A stretch of DNA of 64,000 nt. Source: Patescibacteria group bacterium UBA4787. Lineage in GTDB: Bacteria; Patescibacteriota; Patescibacteriia; UBA2591; UBA4787. Where the stretch lies: assembly GCA_002402995.1 (NCBI GenBank), contig DHGX01000003.1:3765-67764 (forward strand), written 5' to 3'. This document shows, one piece after another, positions 21,159 to 31,673 of this stretch. Every line of letters starts with the position of its first letter. Position 1 is the first letter of the stretch. The notes under the pieces are model-generated. The model did not search any database. It was not told where the DNA came from and saw only the letters and a list, made by a program, of their open reading frames with translations. Made by a program: the position numbers and the translations under genes.

Positions 21159-22676
21159 ATGCAGGATATTATTTTAACAATAGCAGGTTTAATTGTTGGT
21201 CTCGGATTAGGCTATTGGATGAGGCGTTTAATCGCCTTAAGAAAAGCAGCAACCGCCGAAGCGCAAGCCGAAGAAATTATTAAAAACGCGAAAAACAAAC
21301 AACAAGAACTTCTGTTCAGCGCGCGCGAAGAAGCAATGAAAGTTATTGATGAGGCGAAACGAGAAGAGATAAACCGAAGAAGAGAGCTTAAGGCTTTGAC
21401 TGATCGCTTAGAAAGAAGAGAAAGCTTATTTGATAAAAAGTTATTGGAATTAGAAGAAAAACAACAGCAGTTAAACGACAAAGCCTCCAAATTGGAAGAA
21501 ATAAAATCAAGGATTAAGCAATTGCACGAAGAAGCGCTCGCTAAATTGGAAGAAGTTTCGTCAATGACCAGAGAAGAAGCTTTAAAATTTCTTTTAGAAA
21601 AAACAGAGAAAGACAATCAAGACGTTATTTTGGAGCGTTTAAAAAAAATAGAGCGAGCAGGAAGTGATTTATACGAGAAGAGGGCGCGCGAAGTAATGAG
21701 TTTGGCTATGGAAAGAATCGCCACTTCTCATGCGACCGAAAGAACGACGAGCACGGTCAATATTCCTTCAGATGATTTAAAAGGTCGAATTATCGGCCGT
21801 GAAGGAAGAAATATCAAAGCCGTAGAACAATTAACTGGTGTGGAAATAATTGTTGATGATACGCCGGGCGCTATTTTTATATCTGGATTTAATCCAATTC
21901 GTCGTCAATTGGCAAAAATGGTCTTAGAAAAATTAATTTTAGATGGACGCATTCAGCCGGCACGCATAGAGAAAGTAGTAGAAGATGCCAAGAAAGAATT
22001 AGTGCAAGATATTCGTTCTGCTGGCGAGGATGCCGCTTATCAGGTAGGCATCACGGGTCTTGACCCGAAACTTATCACTTTGGTCGGCCGGTTAAAATAT
22101 CGAACAAGTTATGGCCAAAATGTTTTGCAACATTCAATAGAAGTGGCCAATCTTTCCGAAATTTTAGCCACCGAATTAGGCGCCGATGAATCCGTGGCCA
22201 AGAAGGCAGGTTTTTTTCATGATATTGGCAAGGCGGTTGACCATGAAGTAGAGGGAACGCATCCGGCTATTGGCCAAGATTTGATGCAAAAATTTGGCTT
22301 TCCTGAAAAAATGATTATTCCCATCGCCACGCATCACGAAGATCATCCGCCAACACTTGAAGCGGTGATCGTCAAGGTTGCTGATGCCTTGTCAGCTTCG
22401 CGTCTGGGCGCCAGGAAAGATAACTACGAAGACTTCATTAAAAGATTAGAAGATTTAGAGGGTGTGGCGAAAAGTTTTGCTGGCGTAGAAAAAGTTTATG
22501 CGATTCAGGCAGGTCGTGAATTAAGAGTTTTTGTAGTGCCACAAGAAATAAATGACTTAGAAGCGGCTAAATTAGCCCGTCAAATAGCCGATCGTATTGA
22601 AGCAGAGCTCAAATATCCAGGGGAAATTAAAGTTACGGTTATCAGAGAAAATAGAATTATTGAGTTCGCCAGGTAA
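21159..22676 (+). CDS. rny: Ribonuclease Y
   Basis: N-terminal TM, coiled coil, KH 'KGRIIGREGRNI', HD 'FFHDIGKA', 'YAIQAGRE'. Confidence 0.97.
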   Translation: MQDIILTIAGLIVGLGLGYWMRRLIALRKAATAEAQAEEIIKNAKNKQQELLFSAREEAMKVIDEAKREEINRRRELKALTDRLERRESLFDKKLLELEEKQQQLNDKASKLEEIKSRIKQLHEEALAKLEEVSSMTREEALKFLLEKTEKDNQDVILERLKKIERAGSDLYEKRAREVMSLAMERIATSHATERTTSTVNIPSDDLKGRIIGREGRNIKAVEQLTGVEIIVDDTPGAIFISGFNPIRRQLAKMVLEKLILDGRIQPARIEKVVEDAKKELVQDIRSAGEDAAYQVGITGLDPKLITLVGRLKYRTSYGQNVLQHSIEVANLSEILATELGADESVAKKAGFFHDIGKAVDHEVEGTHPAIGQDLMQKFGFPEKMIIPIATHHEDHPPTLEAVIVKVADALSASRLGARKDNYEDFIKRLEDLEGVAKSFAGVEKVYAIQAGRELRVFVVPQEINDLEAAKLARQIADRIEAELKYPGEIKVTVIRENRIIEFAR

Positions 22677-22705
22677 TTATTTTGTGCTATAATTAATTTA
22701 TTATG

Positions 22706-23019
22706 CCCCGTAATACAACTTCCAGAATGTTCTTCTTTATTTATGTTCTCCAAAGCCTTTCAAAGACAAGAAATTATATATCGGCTATACTAACAATCTC
22801 AAGCAACGAATCAAAGAACATCAAAGGGGCAGATTTTTTTCAACCAAATTCAGATTGCCTTTTCAGCTTATTTATTTCGAGGGCGGTCTTGACGAAAATG
22901 ACGCCAAGCGCCGCGAAGGTTATCTAAAAACCACCCAAGGACGTCGATTCCTTGGTCTAAGATTAATCCAGTACCAACGTCTTAAAAAGGCGCTTGCGGC
23001 TGGAAGATGATATACGGGG
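22706..23019 (+). mobile_element. Family-A TIR element (314 bp), GIY-YIG-containing copy, TATG target duplication
   Basis: Left end CCCCGTAATACAACTTCCAG; right end CTGGAAGATGATATACGGGG (16/20 inverted match); TATG at 22702-05 and 23020-23. Confidence 0.8.
22727..23010 (+). pseudogene. Small GIY-YIG nuclease (UPF0213/SLX1-like), frameshifted near 22760
   Basis: MFFFIYVLQSL-/-KDKKLYIGYTNNLKQRIKEH..G...STK.R.P..LIYFE......AKRREGYLK; stop TGA lies inside right TIR. Confidence 0.85.
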
Positions 23020-23020
23020 T

Positions 23021-23815
23021 ATGCGAATATTGTTTTTCGGCGACATTATGGGCGGTTTGGGCCGCGCGGCTGTAAAAAAAATTATACCACAATATAAAAA
23101 ACGGTATAAACCTGATTTGATTTTGGCAAATGGAGAAAACTTGGCCCACTTAAAAGGTATGACACCTAAAACTGTTAAAGAAGTTTTGGATTCGGGTATT
23201 GATTATCTGACTAACGGAAATCATTTTTTTGGCAGAAAAGAAATTATAGAAGTAGTTAACAAAAAAATGCCAATTATCAGGCCAGCGAATTATCCAGAAG
23301 ATACTCCGGGCCAAGGATATGTGATCATAAAAAAAGACAAGCAAAATATTTTGTTAATCAATCTGCTGGGCCGGGTTTTTTTAAGACCCGTCCTTGATTG
23401 CCCTTTTCGCAAAGCAGAAGAGATTTTAAAAAAAACTAAAGCGAATCTAAAGAAAAATATCATTATCGTTGATTTTCACGCAGAGGCGACTTCGGAGAAG
23501 GCGGCTTTCGGTTATTGGCTAGACGGCAAGGTTTCCGCGGTGGTTGGCACTCATACACACGTACCAACAGCCGATAATAAGATTCTATCCAAAGGCACGG
23601 CTTATGTCACTGATATCGGAATGGTTGGCGCTAGCGATTCGATTATCGGAGCCGCTAAAGAAGGTATTATTCGATCATATCTAACACAAATACCAGAACC
23701 TTTGATTTCACCTCAAGAAGGGCAAGCGACTATCAACGCGGTTTTAATTGAGATAGACGACAAAAGTCATTTATCTAAAAAGATTATTCGTTGCGACGAA
23801 GAAGTATTAATCTAA
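23021..23815 (+). CDS. ymdB: YmdB/TIGR00282 family metallophosphoesterase
   Basis: '[11 protein letters not shown]', 'NGEN', 'GNH', 'RPANYP', '[10 protein letters not shown]', 'GTHTHV'; follows rny; true start is the duplicated ATG at 23021. Confidence 0.9.
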   Translation: MRILFFGDIMGGLGRAAVKKIIPQYKKRYKPDLILANGENLAHLKGMTPKTVKEVLDSGIDYLTNGNHFFGRKEIIEVVNKKMPIIRPANYPEDTPGQGYVIIKKDKQNILLINLLGRVFLRPVLDCPFRKAEEILKKTKANLKKNIIIVDFHAEATSEKAAFGYWLDGKVSAVVGTHTHVPTADNKILSKGTAYVTDIGMVGASDSIIGAAKEGIIRSYLTQIPEPLISPQEGQATINAVLIEIDDKSHLSKKIIRCDEEVLI

Positions 23816-23828
23816 TAGTAAAAATATT

Positions 23829-23966
23829 ATGCCACAGAGAACTTATCAGCCTAAAAAAAGAAAGAGAGCGCGTACGCACGGATTTTTAAAAAGAATGCGC
23901 ACGAGGGCCGGTCGACAGGTTTTGTCTAGACGTCGAGCCAAAAAAAGAAAAAAATTAACCGTTTAA
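23829..23966 (+). CDS. rpmH: 50S ribosomal protein L34 (not in ORF track, 45 aa)
   Basis: [45 protein letters not shown]; precedes rnpA. Confidence 0.97.
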   Translation: MPQRTYQPKKRKRARTHGFLKRMRTRAGRQVLSRRRAKKRKKLTV

Positions 23967-23969
23967 TTC

Positions 23970-24314
23970 ATGCTTCGGAAGATTAATCGACTGACCAAGG
24001 AGCGCGATTTTGACAGAATGGCCAAATTCGGCCGGTCTTTAGTTCTGCCATTTTTAATCATCCGGAGTTTTAAAAAAGAAGAAGGGTCTTTCTCGCGCTT
24101 CGGATTTATTGTTTCCAAAAGGATCTCAAAATTAGCGACCCGCAGAAATTATATCAAAAGAATTATGCGCGAAATTGTACGTGATTTGTTAAGCGATATA
24201 CTCATTGGTTATGATTTCGTTTTTATCGCCCGTTCGCCGATAAAATTCATCAATTTTTCCGAATTAAAAAATTCGATCTATGCAGCTTTTAAAAAAATGA
24301 ATTTATTAAAATAA
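23970..24314 (+). CDS. rnpA: Ribonuclease P protein component
   Basis: 'RFGFIVSKRISKLATRRNYIKR' RNR-like motif; rpmH-rnpA-yidC synteny. Confidence 0.93.
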   Translation: MLRKINRLTKERDFDRMAKFGRSLVLPFLIIRSFKKEEGSFSRFGFIVSKRISKLATRRNYIKRIMREIVRDLLSDILIGYDFVFIARSPIKFINFSELKNSIYAAFKKMNLLK

Positions 24315-24320
24315 ACATTT

Positions 24321-25070
24321 ATGCTACATCTTTTTCACGAAGTGCTTTATCGTCCGCTGCTTAATTTGTTGGTATTTTTTTATGATATTTTTCCTTTTCA
24401 TGATTTGGGTTTGGCGATATTATTATTGACCCTGGTTATCAGACTTATTCTTTGGCCTTTGTCGCAAAAAGCCCTAAAATCGCAAAAAGCCCTACAGGTT
24501 ATCCAGCCCAAAATTACTGCTTTGCGTGAAAAATATAAAAAAGATCCGTCTATGTTGGCACGGGCCACTATGGCTATTTATAAAGAAAACAAGGTTAATC
24601 CATTTTCTTCCATATTTTTATTGCTTATTCAATTGCCGATTCTGTGGGCGGTCTATCAGGTTTTTATGAGTGGACTCGTCTCCAAAAATTTAACCACGGA
24701 TCTTTATAGTTTTATTTCTAATCCAGGTGTTTTGAATGTTTTTTCTTTCGGTGTTTTAGATTTATCTAAACCCAATTTAATTTTGACCTTGATTACGGGT
24801 TTGCTTCAATATTGGCAAGGGAAGATGTTAAGCACAATCCAGCCGCCTCCGAATTTGGCCAAGAAAGAAGGCGCTAAAGACGAAGGCGTAATGGCGATTA
24901 TGAATAAGCAAATGATCTTTATGATGCCGATTTTGACGGTTTTTATCGGCTTGGGTTTGCCTAGTGGTTTGATGCTATATTGGTTAATCGGCTTGGTTTT
25001 AACAATAATTCAACAAAAACTAAGCTTTAAGAAAGCGACAAGCCTGGATGTCATTGCGAATAAAAAATAA
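24321..25070 (+). CDS. yidC: Membrane protein insertase YidC/Oxa1 (short form without large extracytoplasmic domain)
   Basis: 'IRLILWPL', 'IQPKI', 'LIQLPIL', 'PSGLMLYW'. Confidence 0.92.
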   Translation: MLHLFHEVLYRPLLNLLVFFYDIFPFHDLGLAILLLTLVIRLILWPLSQKALKSQKALQVIQPKITALREKYKKDPSMLARATMAIYKENKVNPFSSIFLLLIQLPILWAVYQVFMSGLVSKNLTTDLYSFISNPGVLNVFSFGVLDLSKPNLILTLITGLLQYWQGKMLSTIQPPPNLAKKEGAKDEGVMAIMNKQMIFMMPILTVFIGLGLPSGLMLYWLIGLVLTIIQQKLSFKKATSLDVIANKK

Positions 25071-25144
25071 GCAACATTCTAAATATATTGTGGAAATTAA
25101 ACAAAATTGGTAAAATAAAGATAGTCAACTATCATTATTTTTTT

Positions 25145-25507
25145 ATGTATTCATTTATATCTTTTATAAAATTTATCATTATTGATCCGATTTTAGAGAT
25201 TCTCTATTTTCCCTTTTGGTGGTATACAAAAGGTTTAAAAAATGCGGCTCTTTCTTTGCGTAACAATATCCATAAACTGGCGCATACTTTGGCCATCCGT
25301 TTGTTGTTGGCAAATATGTTTAAGCCGATGTTTGGCCAATATTCATTGAACGGCAGAATTATTAGTTTTTTTATGCGTGTTTTACAATTATTGTTTTATT
25401 CAATATTATTTATGATTGGCGTAATAATATTATTAGTTTTATTTTTTATTTGGATCGGAATTTTGCCCTATGCGGTTTATCAATTAATAAATTCGGCCGG
25501 TTTTTAA
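25145..25507 (+). CDS. Hypothetical membrane protein upstream of Clp ATPase
   Basis: 'YFPFWWY', 'MFKPMFG', two TM segments; start uncertain (25088 TTG or 25145 ATG). Confidence 0.6.
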   Translation: MYSFISFIKFIIIDPILEILYFPFWWYTKGLKNAALSLRNNIHKLAHTLAIRLLLANMFKPMFGQYSLNGRIISFFMRVLQLLFYSILFMIGVIILLVLFFIWIGILPYAVYQLINSAGF

Positions 25508-25511
25508 TTCT

Positions 25512-28256
25512 ATGGATTTCATTTATTGTCCAAAATGCGGAGGACTTGGTTATTTGGCGGATAAAAAATCGTGTCCGGTTTGTCGTCGGGCCGGTCTTTA
25601 TACTTGGGCCGGTGGTTTTCTGATATATTTTCGTCGAGCCTACATGGGCTGGCAAATTTGGCTGTTCCGCATTAAGAGAATTGTTATCTTTATCGTAGAA
25701 GCAATTTTATTTTTGTATGGCATTGTTGGTTTGTTGGCCATTCTTAAATTTTTTATCCGGATTAATCTTCCCTGGTTGGCTAACGTCAATTTTTTTGGTT
25801 TAGTTGACCTTAATCATAATCAACAGGGTCTGTTGATTATTTTTTGGCTGTCAATAATCACTAATTGTTTTTTTTATTATCGCCTTACTCGAAAAAGTGA
25901 AGAAAAAAGAAAGATCTGGCCAAAGACTGTTCGTCAAGCTGTTAATTTGCCGTCAACATGGGACGAGATTCAACATCTTGGTCGCAAGATTAAAATCAAT
26001 GCTGCTGACGCTCTCTCACAAGAAGCAGAACAAATGTTCTTAAAGGCAATGGCTTTGGCAAGAAAGATGGGGCATGAACACTTGATGCCGATTCATCTTT
26101 TTGCTGTTGGCTTCTCTGCTTCCAAGGTTAATTTGGCTTTGATGCGATTGGGGTTTGATTTACCCAAGATGCAAACAAAAATTTCTGTAGCTTTGAGTAA
26201 ACTGCCGGTTAAAAGTAAAATTTCAACCGTGCCGATAATTTCCAAAGAAGCGAAAGAAGTGTTTGTCGGGGCTTATGGCATAGCTAGTGATAAAAAATTG
26301 AGAGAGATCGAGTCTTTGCATATTTTAGAAAGCTTGAGTATTCAAAACGGTCATGTTAAAGATATTTTGTATGATTTTAATATTACAGTTGATGATATAC
26401 GCAATGTTGTAGTTTGGATAGAAATTTATAATCAATTATATCAAGAGTGGAAAAGATTTTCTGGTTTGGCGCGCTTCAAACCTAAGGGTGGTATGAATCG
26501 AGCTATGACTGCCATTGCCACTCCAAATCTTGATTTGTATAGTCAAGACTTGACCCTTTTAGCGAGATCTGGTTATTTAGGACCGTGTATTGACAGAGAA
26601 AAAGAACAAGATTCAATTTTACGAACGATTGAAGGCGGGAAAAGAGGCGTGGTTCTGGTTGGACAACCGGGTGTTGGACGAACTACAATAATTAATGGTT
26701 TGGCTAGACGCATGGTGACCGAAGATATGCCCAAAATTTTCCAAGATAAACGCCTAGTGAGTTTAAACGTTTCTGATTTAATAGCAGGCGCTTCTCAGCC
26801 AGGTGAAATCGAACAGCGTCTCCAGTTTATTTTGAGCGAAATTAGTCGCTCGGGAAACATTATTTTGTTTATTCCTAATATTCAAAATATTGTAGGCATG
26901 AAAACCACACAAGGCGAATTAGACATTTCAGAAATTTTAGCCGACGCAATTAAAAAACAAGTTTTGATGGTTTTGGCCACCACTACACCCAATGATTATA
27001 CTCGTGTTATTGATGGGCGGTCTTTGGGGGAAGCCATGGGCAGGATTAACATTGAAGAACCAGACAAAAATACAACCATACAGATCTTAGAGGCCAATGT
27101 GGCCAATATTGAGTCTAAAGAACAAGTTTATTTTTCCTATGGCGCCATTAGTCAGGCTTATACCCTTTCGGTCCGTTATATGCACGAGCGTTTCTTGCCA
27201 GATAAAGCCATCGGCCTTCTAAATGAAGCTTCCGTTTTTGTGCGCAATAAGCGCGGCAAACAAAATGTGGTAACCGCCGAAGATTTGTCAGTGTTGGTGG
27301 CGGAGAAAACAAATATCCCGATAACCAAGTTAACCGAGAACGAAAGCGCTAAATTACTTAATTTAGAAGAGCAAATACACCAGAGAATTATTGGCCAAGA
27401 CGAGGCAGTGAAAATGGTGGCTGCGGCTTTGCGTCGAGCGCGCACAGAGTTGAGAAATCCTAAAAAACCAATTACCAATTTATTATTTTTGGGACCGACC
27501 GGCGTTGGTAAAACCGAACTGGCTAAAACCGTAGCCAGTGTTTATTTTGGAGACGAGAATAAGATGATCCGATTAGATATGAGCGAATATCAGGATAAGG
27601 CGAGTATTCATCGTTTAATCGGTATGCCGGGCTCTGGCGAGCCGGGTTATTTAACCGAAGCTGTCCGTCAAAATCCATTCTCGTTGGTTTTATTAGACGA
27701 AATCGAAAAAGCTCACCCGGATATCTTAAATGTTTTTTTGCAAGTTATGGACGATGGTCGTTTGACAGACATTTTGGGTAGAACTATTGATTTTACAAAT
27801 ACGGTTATAATTGCCACTTCAAACGCCGGTTCTGTTTTCATTCAAGGAGCCATGCGTAGCAATATGCCCTTTGAAGAATTGCATAAGGAATTAATCGAAG
27901 AAAAATTAAACGAATATTTCCGACCAGAGTTTATTAATCGTTTTGATGGCGTTATAGTTTTTAAACCATTGACTCAATCGGAAATCAGACAAATTGCTTC
28001 TTTGCTGGTTAAAAGCACGGCCAAACAATTGGCGGACAAAGGTATTCTTTTAAAAGTGACCGACGCTGCTCTAGAGGAATTATCTCAACTTGGGTTTGAT
28101 CCGATTTTCGGCGCCCGGCCGCTTAAAAGAGTTATCCAAGAGAAAATAAACGATTCTTTGGCGAAATTTCTTTTGGCCGGACAAGTTGGTCGGAGAGATA
28201 CGGCAGTTTTGGACAAGGGAGGCATTATTACTATTGAAAAAGGAGAAACGTTTTAA
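25512..28256 (+). CDS. ClpA/B/C-type AAA+ ATPase with N-terminal Cys-motif and two TM helices
   Basis: CPKCGG..CPVC, TM segments, ClpN-like region, D1 'GQPGVGRT', D2 'GPTGVGKT','RLDMSEY','LLDEIEKAHP','GARPLKR'. Confidence 0.88.
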   Translation: MDFIYCPKCGGLGYLADKKSCPVCRRAGLYTWAGGFLIYFRRAYMGWQIWLFRIKRIVIFIVEAILFLYGIVGLLAILKFFIRINLPWLANVNFFGLVDLNHNQQGLLIIFWLSIITNCFFYYRLTRKSEEKRKIWPKTVRQAVNLPSTWDEIQHLGRKIKINAADALSQEAEQMFLKAMALARKMGHEHLMPIHLFAVGFSASKVNLALMRLGFDLPKMQTKISVALSKLPVKSKISTVPIISKEAKEVFVGAYGIASDKKLREIESLHILESLSIQNGHVKDILYDFNITVDDIRNVVVWIEIYNQLYQEWKRFSGLARFKPKGGMNRAMTAIATPNLDLYSQDLTLLARSGYLGPCIDREKEQDSILRTIEGGKRGVVLVGQPGVGRTTIINGLARRMVTEDMPKIFQDKRLVSLNVSDLIAGASQPGEIEQRLQFILSEISRSGNIILFIPNIQNIVGMKTTQGELDISEILADAIKKQVLMVLATTTPNDYTRVIDGRSLGEAMGRINIEEPDKNTTIQILEANVANIESKEQVYFSYGAISQAYTLSVRYMHERFLPDKAIGLLNEASVFVRNKRGKQNVVTAEDLSVLVAEKTNIPITKLTENESAKLLNLEEQIHQRIIGQDEAVKMVAAALRRARTELRNPKKPITNLLFLGPTGVGKTELAKTVASVYFGDENKMIRLDMSEYQDKASIHRLIGMPGSGEPGYLTEAVRQNPFSLVLLDEIEKAHPDILNVFLQVMDDGRLTDILGRTIDFTNTVIIATSNAGSVFIQGAMRSNMPFEELHKELIEEKLNEYFRPEFINRFDGVIVFKPLTQSEIRQIASLLVKSTAKQLADKGILLKVTDAALEELSQLGFDPIFGARPLKRVIQEKINDSLAKFLLAGQVGRRDTAVLDKGGIITIEKGETF

Positions 28257-28264
28257 TTTAAAAC

Positions 28265-29275
28265 ATGTTTAGAAAATATTTTTTTATTTTATATATTTTT
28301 CTTGTTTTTTTGCTCGTCATTGTGTATTATAGATGGCAGGCGTATGTTCTTTTACACGAAGATTTTGAATTGAAACAAATTAATATTACGCGAGGAGAAT
28401 CAGCGAGTAATGTTATTCAGCAACTCAAAAACCAGAAAATAATTGAAAGCGAACTCGGCTTTAAAATTTATGTTTATCTAAGGAATCGCACGAATCTTTT
28501 TCAGTCGGGTCAATATTATCTTAGTCCGACCATGAGCTGGAAAGAAATTCTTAATCTTCTAACATCAAAACAAGCCAACGAGCAAACTATAGTTGTTCGC
28601 GAAGGATGGACGCAGAGGGAAATAGCCGATTATTTAGAAAAATCAGGACTATTTTCTCAACAGAATTTTATAGCCACTTCTTATCAGCTCGGGTCTTCGG
28701 GTGTTTTGGACTATAGTTTTTTATCAGACAAACCGAGCAATCACTCTTTAGAGGGCTATCTTTTCCCTGATACTTATCGAGTTTATCGCGACGCTAAACC
28801 AGAAACGATCATTAAGAAGATGTTGGACAATTTCAATGATAGGCTTGATTCAGATATAAGAGAAGAAATTGTTCGTCAACATAAAAGTATTTTTGAGGTT
28901 TTAATTATAGCCTCTATTGTTGAGAAAGAGGCTGCCAGTGAAACCGACAGACAACTTGTGGCTGACATATTTTTAAGGCGTTTAGAAAATCGCATGCCGC
29001 TACAATCTTGCGCAACTATAAATTATATTTTAACTCAAAAGACAAAACATCTTAGTCTAGAACAAACGAAAATAGACTCGCCATACAATACTTACAAATA
29101 CTATGGCTTGCCGCCCGGACCGATTGGAAATCCAGGCATAAGTTCAATTAAAGCTGTTCTGTGGCCCGCAAAAAATAATTATTGGTATTTCCTTTCAACT
29201 GACAATAGCCAAATTATTTATAGCAAAACGAATAAAGAGCACGACCTTAATAAAGAAAAATATTTACCCCGTTAG
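28265..29275 (+). CDS. mltG: Endolytic transglycosylase MltG
   Basis: 'EGWT', 'LEGYLFPDTY', 'ASIVEKE', 'SPYNTY', 'GLPPGPIGNPG'; stop supplied by family-B element. Confidence 0.92.
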   Translation: MFRKYFFILYIFLVFLLVIVYYRWQAYVLLHEDFELKQINITRGESASNVIQQLKNQKIIESELGFKIYVYLRNRTNLFQSGQYYLSPTMSWKEILNLLTSKQANEQTIVVREGWTQREIADYLEKSGLFSQQNFIATSYQLGSSGVLDYSFLSDKPSNHSLEGYLFPDTYRVYRDAKPETIIKKMLDNFNDRLDSDIREEIVRQHKSIFEVLIIASIVEKEAASETDRQLVADIFLRRLENRMPLQSCATINYILTQKTKHLSLEQTKIDSPYNTYKYYGLPPGPIGNPGISSIKAVLWPAKNNYWYFLSTDNSQIIYSKTNKEHDLNKEKYLPR

Positions 29276-29376
29276 AGATTCAGCCGACATTATTTTTATA
29301 GAGAATATTTCGAGCGATAGCGCCTTACGGCTCGCGTCCAACTATCACGCCGTTCGGTCTTAAATCTCTAACGGGG
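29267..29376 (+). mobile_element. Family-B 110-bp TIR element, TTTA duplication
   Basis: CCCCGTTAGAGATT...AATCTCTAACGGGG; TTTA at 29263-66 and 29377-80. Confidence 0.85.
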
Positions 29377-29415
29377 TTTACGTTAAATTAAATAACACAC
29401 ACCCAAAATAATTAA

Positions 29416-31665
29416 ATGAAATCGGGGATTAAAAAATTTCTTATTTTTTTCTTTAGTTTGATGCTGGCGTCTTCCGGCTTCCATGGTTTTTTATTGGCGC
29501 AATTTAATAATAGCGCCAGTTCGACGACCAACAATAATTTCGTTCCAGGCGAACTCTTGATTCAACTCAAAAATAGCGACAAAATTTATAAAATTAAATA
29601 TCCGGACAATCTCGACCCAGAAAAACTAAAAGAAATTATTTTAGATAATCCTATTATCGAAAAAGCAGAACCCAATTATCGGTTTAAAATAAGCTATATT
29701 CCTTCAGATCCGTTGCTCGGAGAGCAGTGGAATTTAAGTAAAATTAAAGCGTCTCAGGCTTGGGATATTACTAAGGGCGGGGCGAACGATGTAGTCGTCG
29801 CTGTTTTAGATACGGGCGTTGATATCAATCATCCTGATTTGAGGTCTAATATCTGGACCAACGATAAAGAAATTCCAGGCAATGGCATAGACGACGATCG
29901 CAATGGATACATAGATGATTATTATGGGTGGGATTTTGTGCGTAACGAGCCTAATCCACAACCCAAATTTGATGAACCTTATAACGCCGCAGCCATTCAT
30001 CACGGCACGATTGTTTCGGGACTAATTGCGGCCGTAGGCGACAATAATCAGGGCGTTGCGGGTGTGGCTTGGAAATCAAAAATTATGGCTTTAAGGGTTT
30101 TGGATAGCGAAGGCAATGGCTCTGTTGATTCGGTTATCCGCGCGGTTAATTACGCGATTAGCCATCGCGCGAATATTATCAATTTAAGTTTTATTGGTTC
30201 TAATAAGAGCGACTTTTTAGCTCAAGCTCTAAAAAGAGCGTGGCAGGCTGGTCTGGTTATTGTGGCCGCGGCAGGTAATGAAGCAACGGGTCAAATAGAA
30301 GATTTGGATCAAGCCCCGGCTTATCCTATTTGTTTAGATAGCGGCGATACAGATAATTACATTATCGGCGTAGCCGCGACCGACCAAAATGATCAAAAGG
30401 GTGGTTATTCCAACTATGGCTCTCGCTGTATTGATATTTCCGCGCCAGGCAGTCGAGTGTATGGGTTAATGGTTTATAGTCCGAGTATGGGCGATGATTT
30501 TAAGGAATATTATGGCGGATATTGGTCTGGCACTTCGGTGGCTGCGCCCTTGGTTTCCGGGGCAGCGGCTCTTTTAAAGGCGGTTAATCCTTTAATCAGC
30601 AATATTCAAATTAGAAATATTTTAATGGCTCAGGCCGACAATATTGATTTATTAAATGTTAATTACGCTGGAAAACTGGGCTCAGGCCGTCTTAATGTTT
30701 ATCGCGCGGTTGATTATGTCTATAGCCAGCTTCTTAATTTGCCCCAGCCTCGTTATATAGTAACGGCTGCAGGTCCCGGCGGTGGCCCGCATATTAAAAT
30801 TCTTAAATCTAACGGAATTGAAATCTCGGGTTTTATGGCCTATGATGAAAAATTTAGAGGTGGAGTGAAAATTGCCACCGGTGATGTTGATGGCGACGGT
30901 GAAGATGAAATTATCACCTTGCCGGCTTCGGGCAATCAATCTCTATTAAAAATTTTTAATTCCAGGGGACAATTAAAAAATCAATTTTCCATAATTAATA
31001 AAGAAGACAAATTTAAGGGCGGAAATCTGACGGTCGCCGATATTGACGAAGACAACAAGGCGGAAATTTTAGTGGCGGCCGGCGCAGGAAGCGCTCCGTA
31101 TGTTTATGTTTATAATTTTGACGGTGAGCTAAAATTAAAATTTTTAGCTTATGCCAAGAACTTTTTGGGCGGATTTAATGTGGCAGTTGGCGATGTTGAC
31201 AAAGACGGCATTAAGGAAATTGTTACCGCGCCTCAGGCTGGCGGTGGACCACACGTGAGGGTTTTCACTCCGGAAGGTTGGGCTAAATATAGTTTTTTCG
31301 CGTTTCTTAAAACTTTCCGCGGCGGAATCAATCTTGCGGTCGGTGATCTTAATAACGACGGCCAAGATGAAATTATTACGACGATTGCATCTAAAGCCAG
31401 TCCTTTTGTCAGGGTTTTCAACCAATTCGGCGACTTAAAAGTTCAGTATCTGGCTTACGATCGTAATTTTAATAAAGGCGTAAATATTGCCACCAGCGAT
31501 TTAAATGATGACGGAATGGCCGAAGTCATTACTGGTCCTGGTTTTGGCGGCGGTCCGCATATCCGTATTTTTGATTATTATGGCGATGTTAAATCGCAGT
31601 TTTTTGCTTACACCAAGAATTTTCTAGGCGGTGTTTCGGTGGCTACGATTAAAATCAAAGAGTAG
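29416..31665 (+). CDS. Secreted S8 subtilisin-like serine protease with C-terminal FG-GAP/VCBS repeats
   Basis: Catalytic 'DTGVD', 'HGT', 'GTSVAAP'; repeated 'GDVDGDG..EII...G.GGGPH'. Confidence 0.9.
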   Translation: MKSGIKKFLIFFFSLMLASSGFHGFLLAQFNNSASSTTNNNFVPGELLIQLKNSDKIYKIKYPDNLDPEKLKEIILDNPIIEKAEPNYRFKISYIPSDPLLGEQWNLSKIKASQAWDITKGGANDVVVAVLDTGVDINHPDLRSNIWTNDKEIPGNGIDDDRNGYIDDYYGWDFVRNEPNPQPKFDEPYNAAAIHHGTIVSGLIAAVGDNNQGVAGVAWKSKIMALRVLDSEGNGSVDSVIRAVNYAISHRANIINLSFIGSNKSDFLAQALKRAWQAGLVIVAAAGNEATGQIEDLDQAPAYPICLDSGDTDNYIIGVAATDQNDQKGGYSNYGSRCIDISAPGSRVYGLMVYSPSMGDDFKEYYGGYWSGTSVAAPLVSGAAALLKAVNPLISNIQIRNILMAQADNIDLLNVNYAGKLGSGRLNVYRAVDYVYSQLLNLPQPRYIVTAAGPGGGPHIKILKSNGIEISGFMAYDEKFRGGVKIATGDVDGDGEDEIITLPASGNQSLLKIFNSRGQLKNQFSIINKEDKFKGGNLTVADIDEDNKAEILVAAGAGSAPYVYVYNFDGELKLKFLAYAKNFLGGFNVAVGDVDKDGIKEIVTAPQAGGGPHVRVFTPEGWAKYSFFAFLKTFRGGINLAVGDLNNDGQDEIITTIASKASPFVRVFNQFGDLKVQYLAYDRNFNKGVNIATSDLNDDGMAEVITGPGFGGGPHIRIFDYYGDVKSQFFAYTKNFLGGVSVATIKIKE

Positions 31666-31673
31666 CTTATATA

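Noticed and set aside
22703-22927. 74-aa ORF in the track (and 42495..42677, 60 aa) as standalone genes
   Set aside because: They are partial frames of the frameshifted GIY-YIG genes inside TIR elements.
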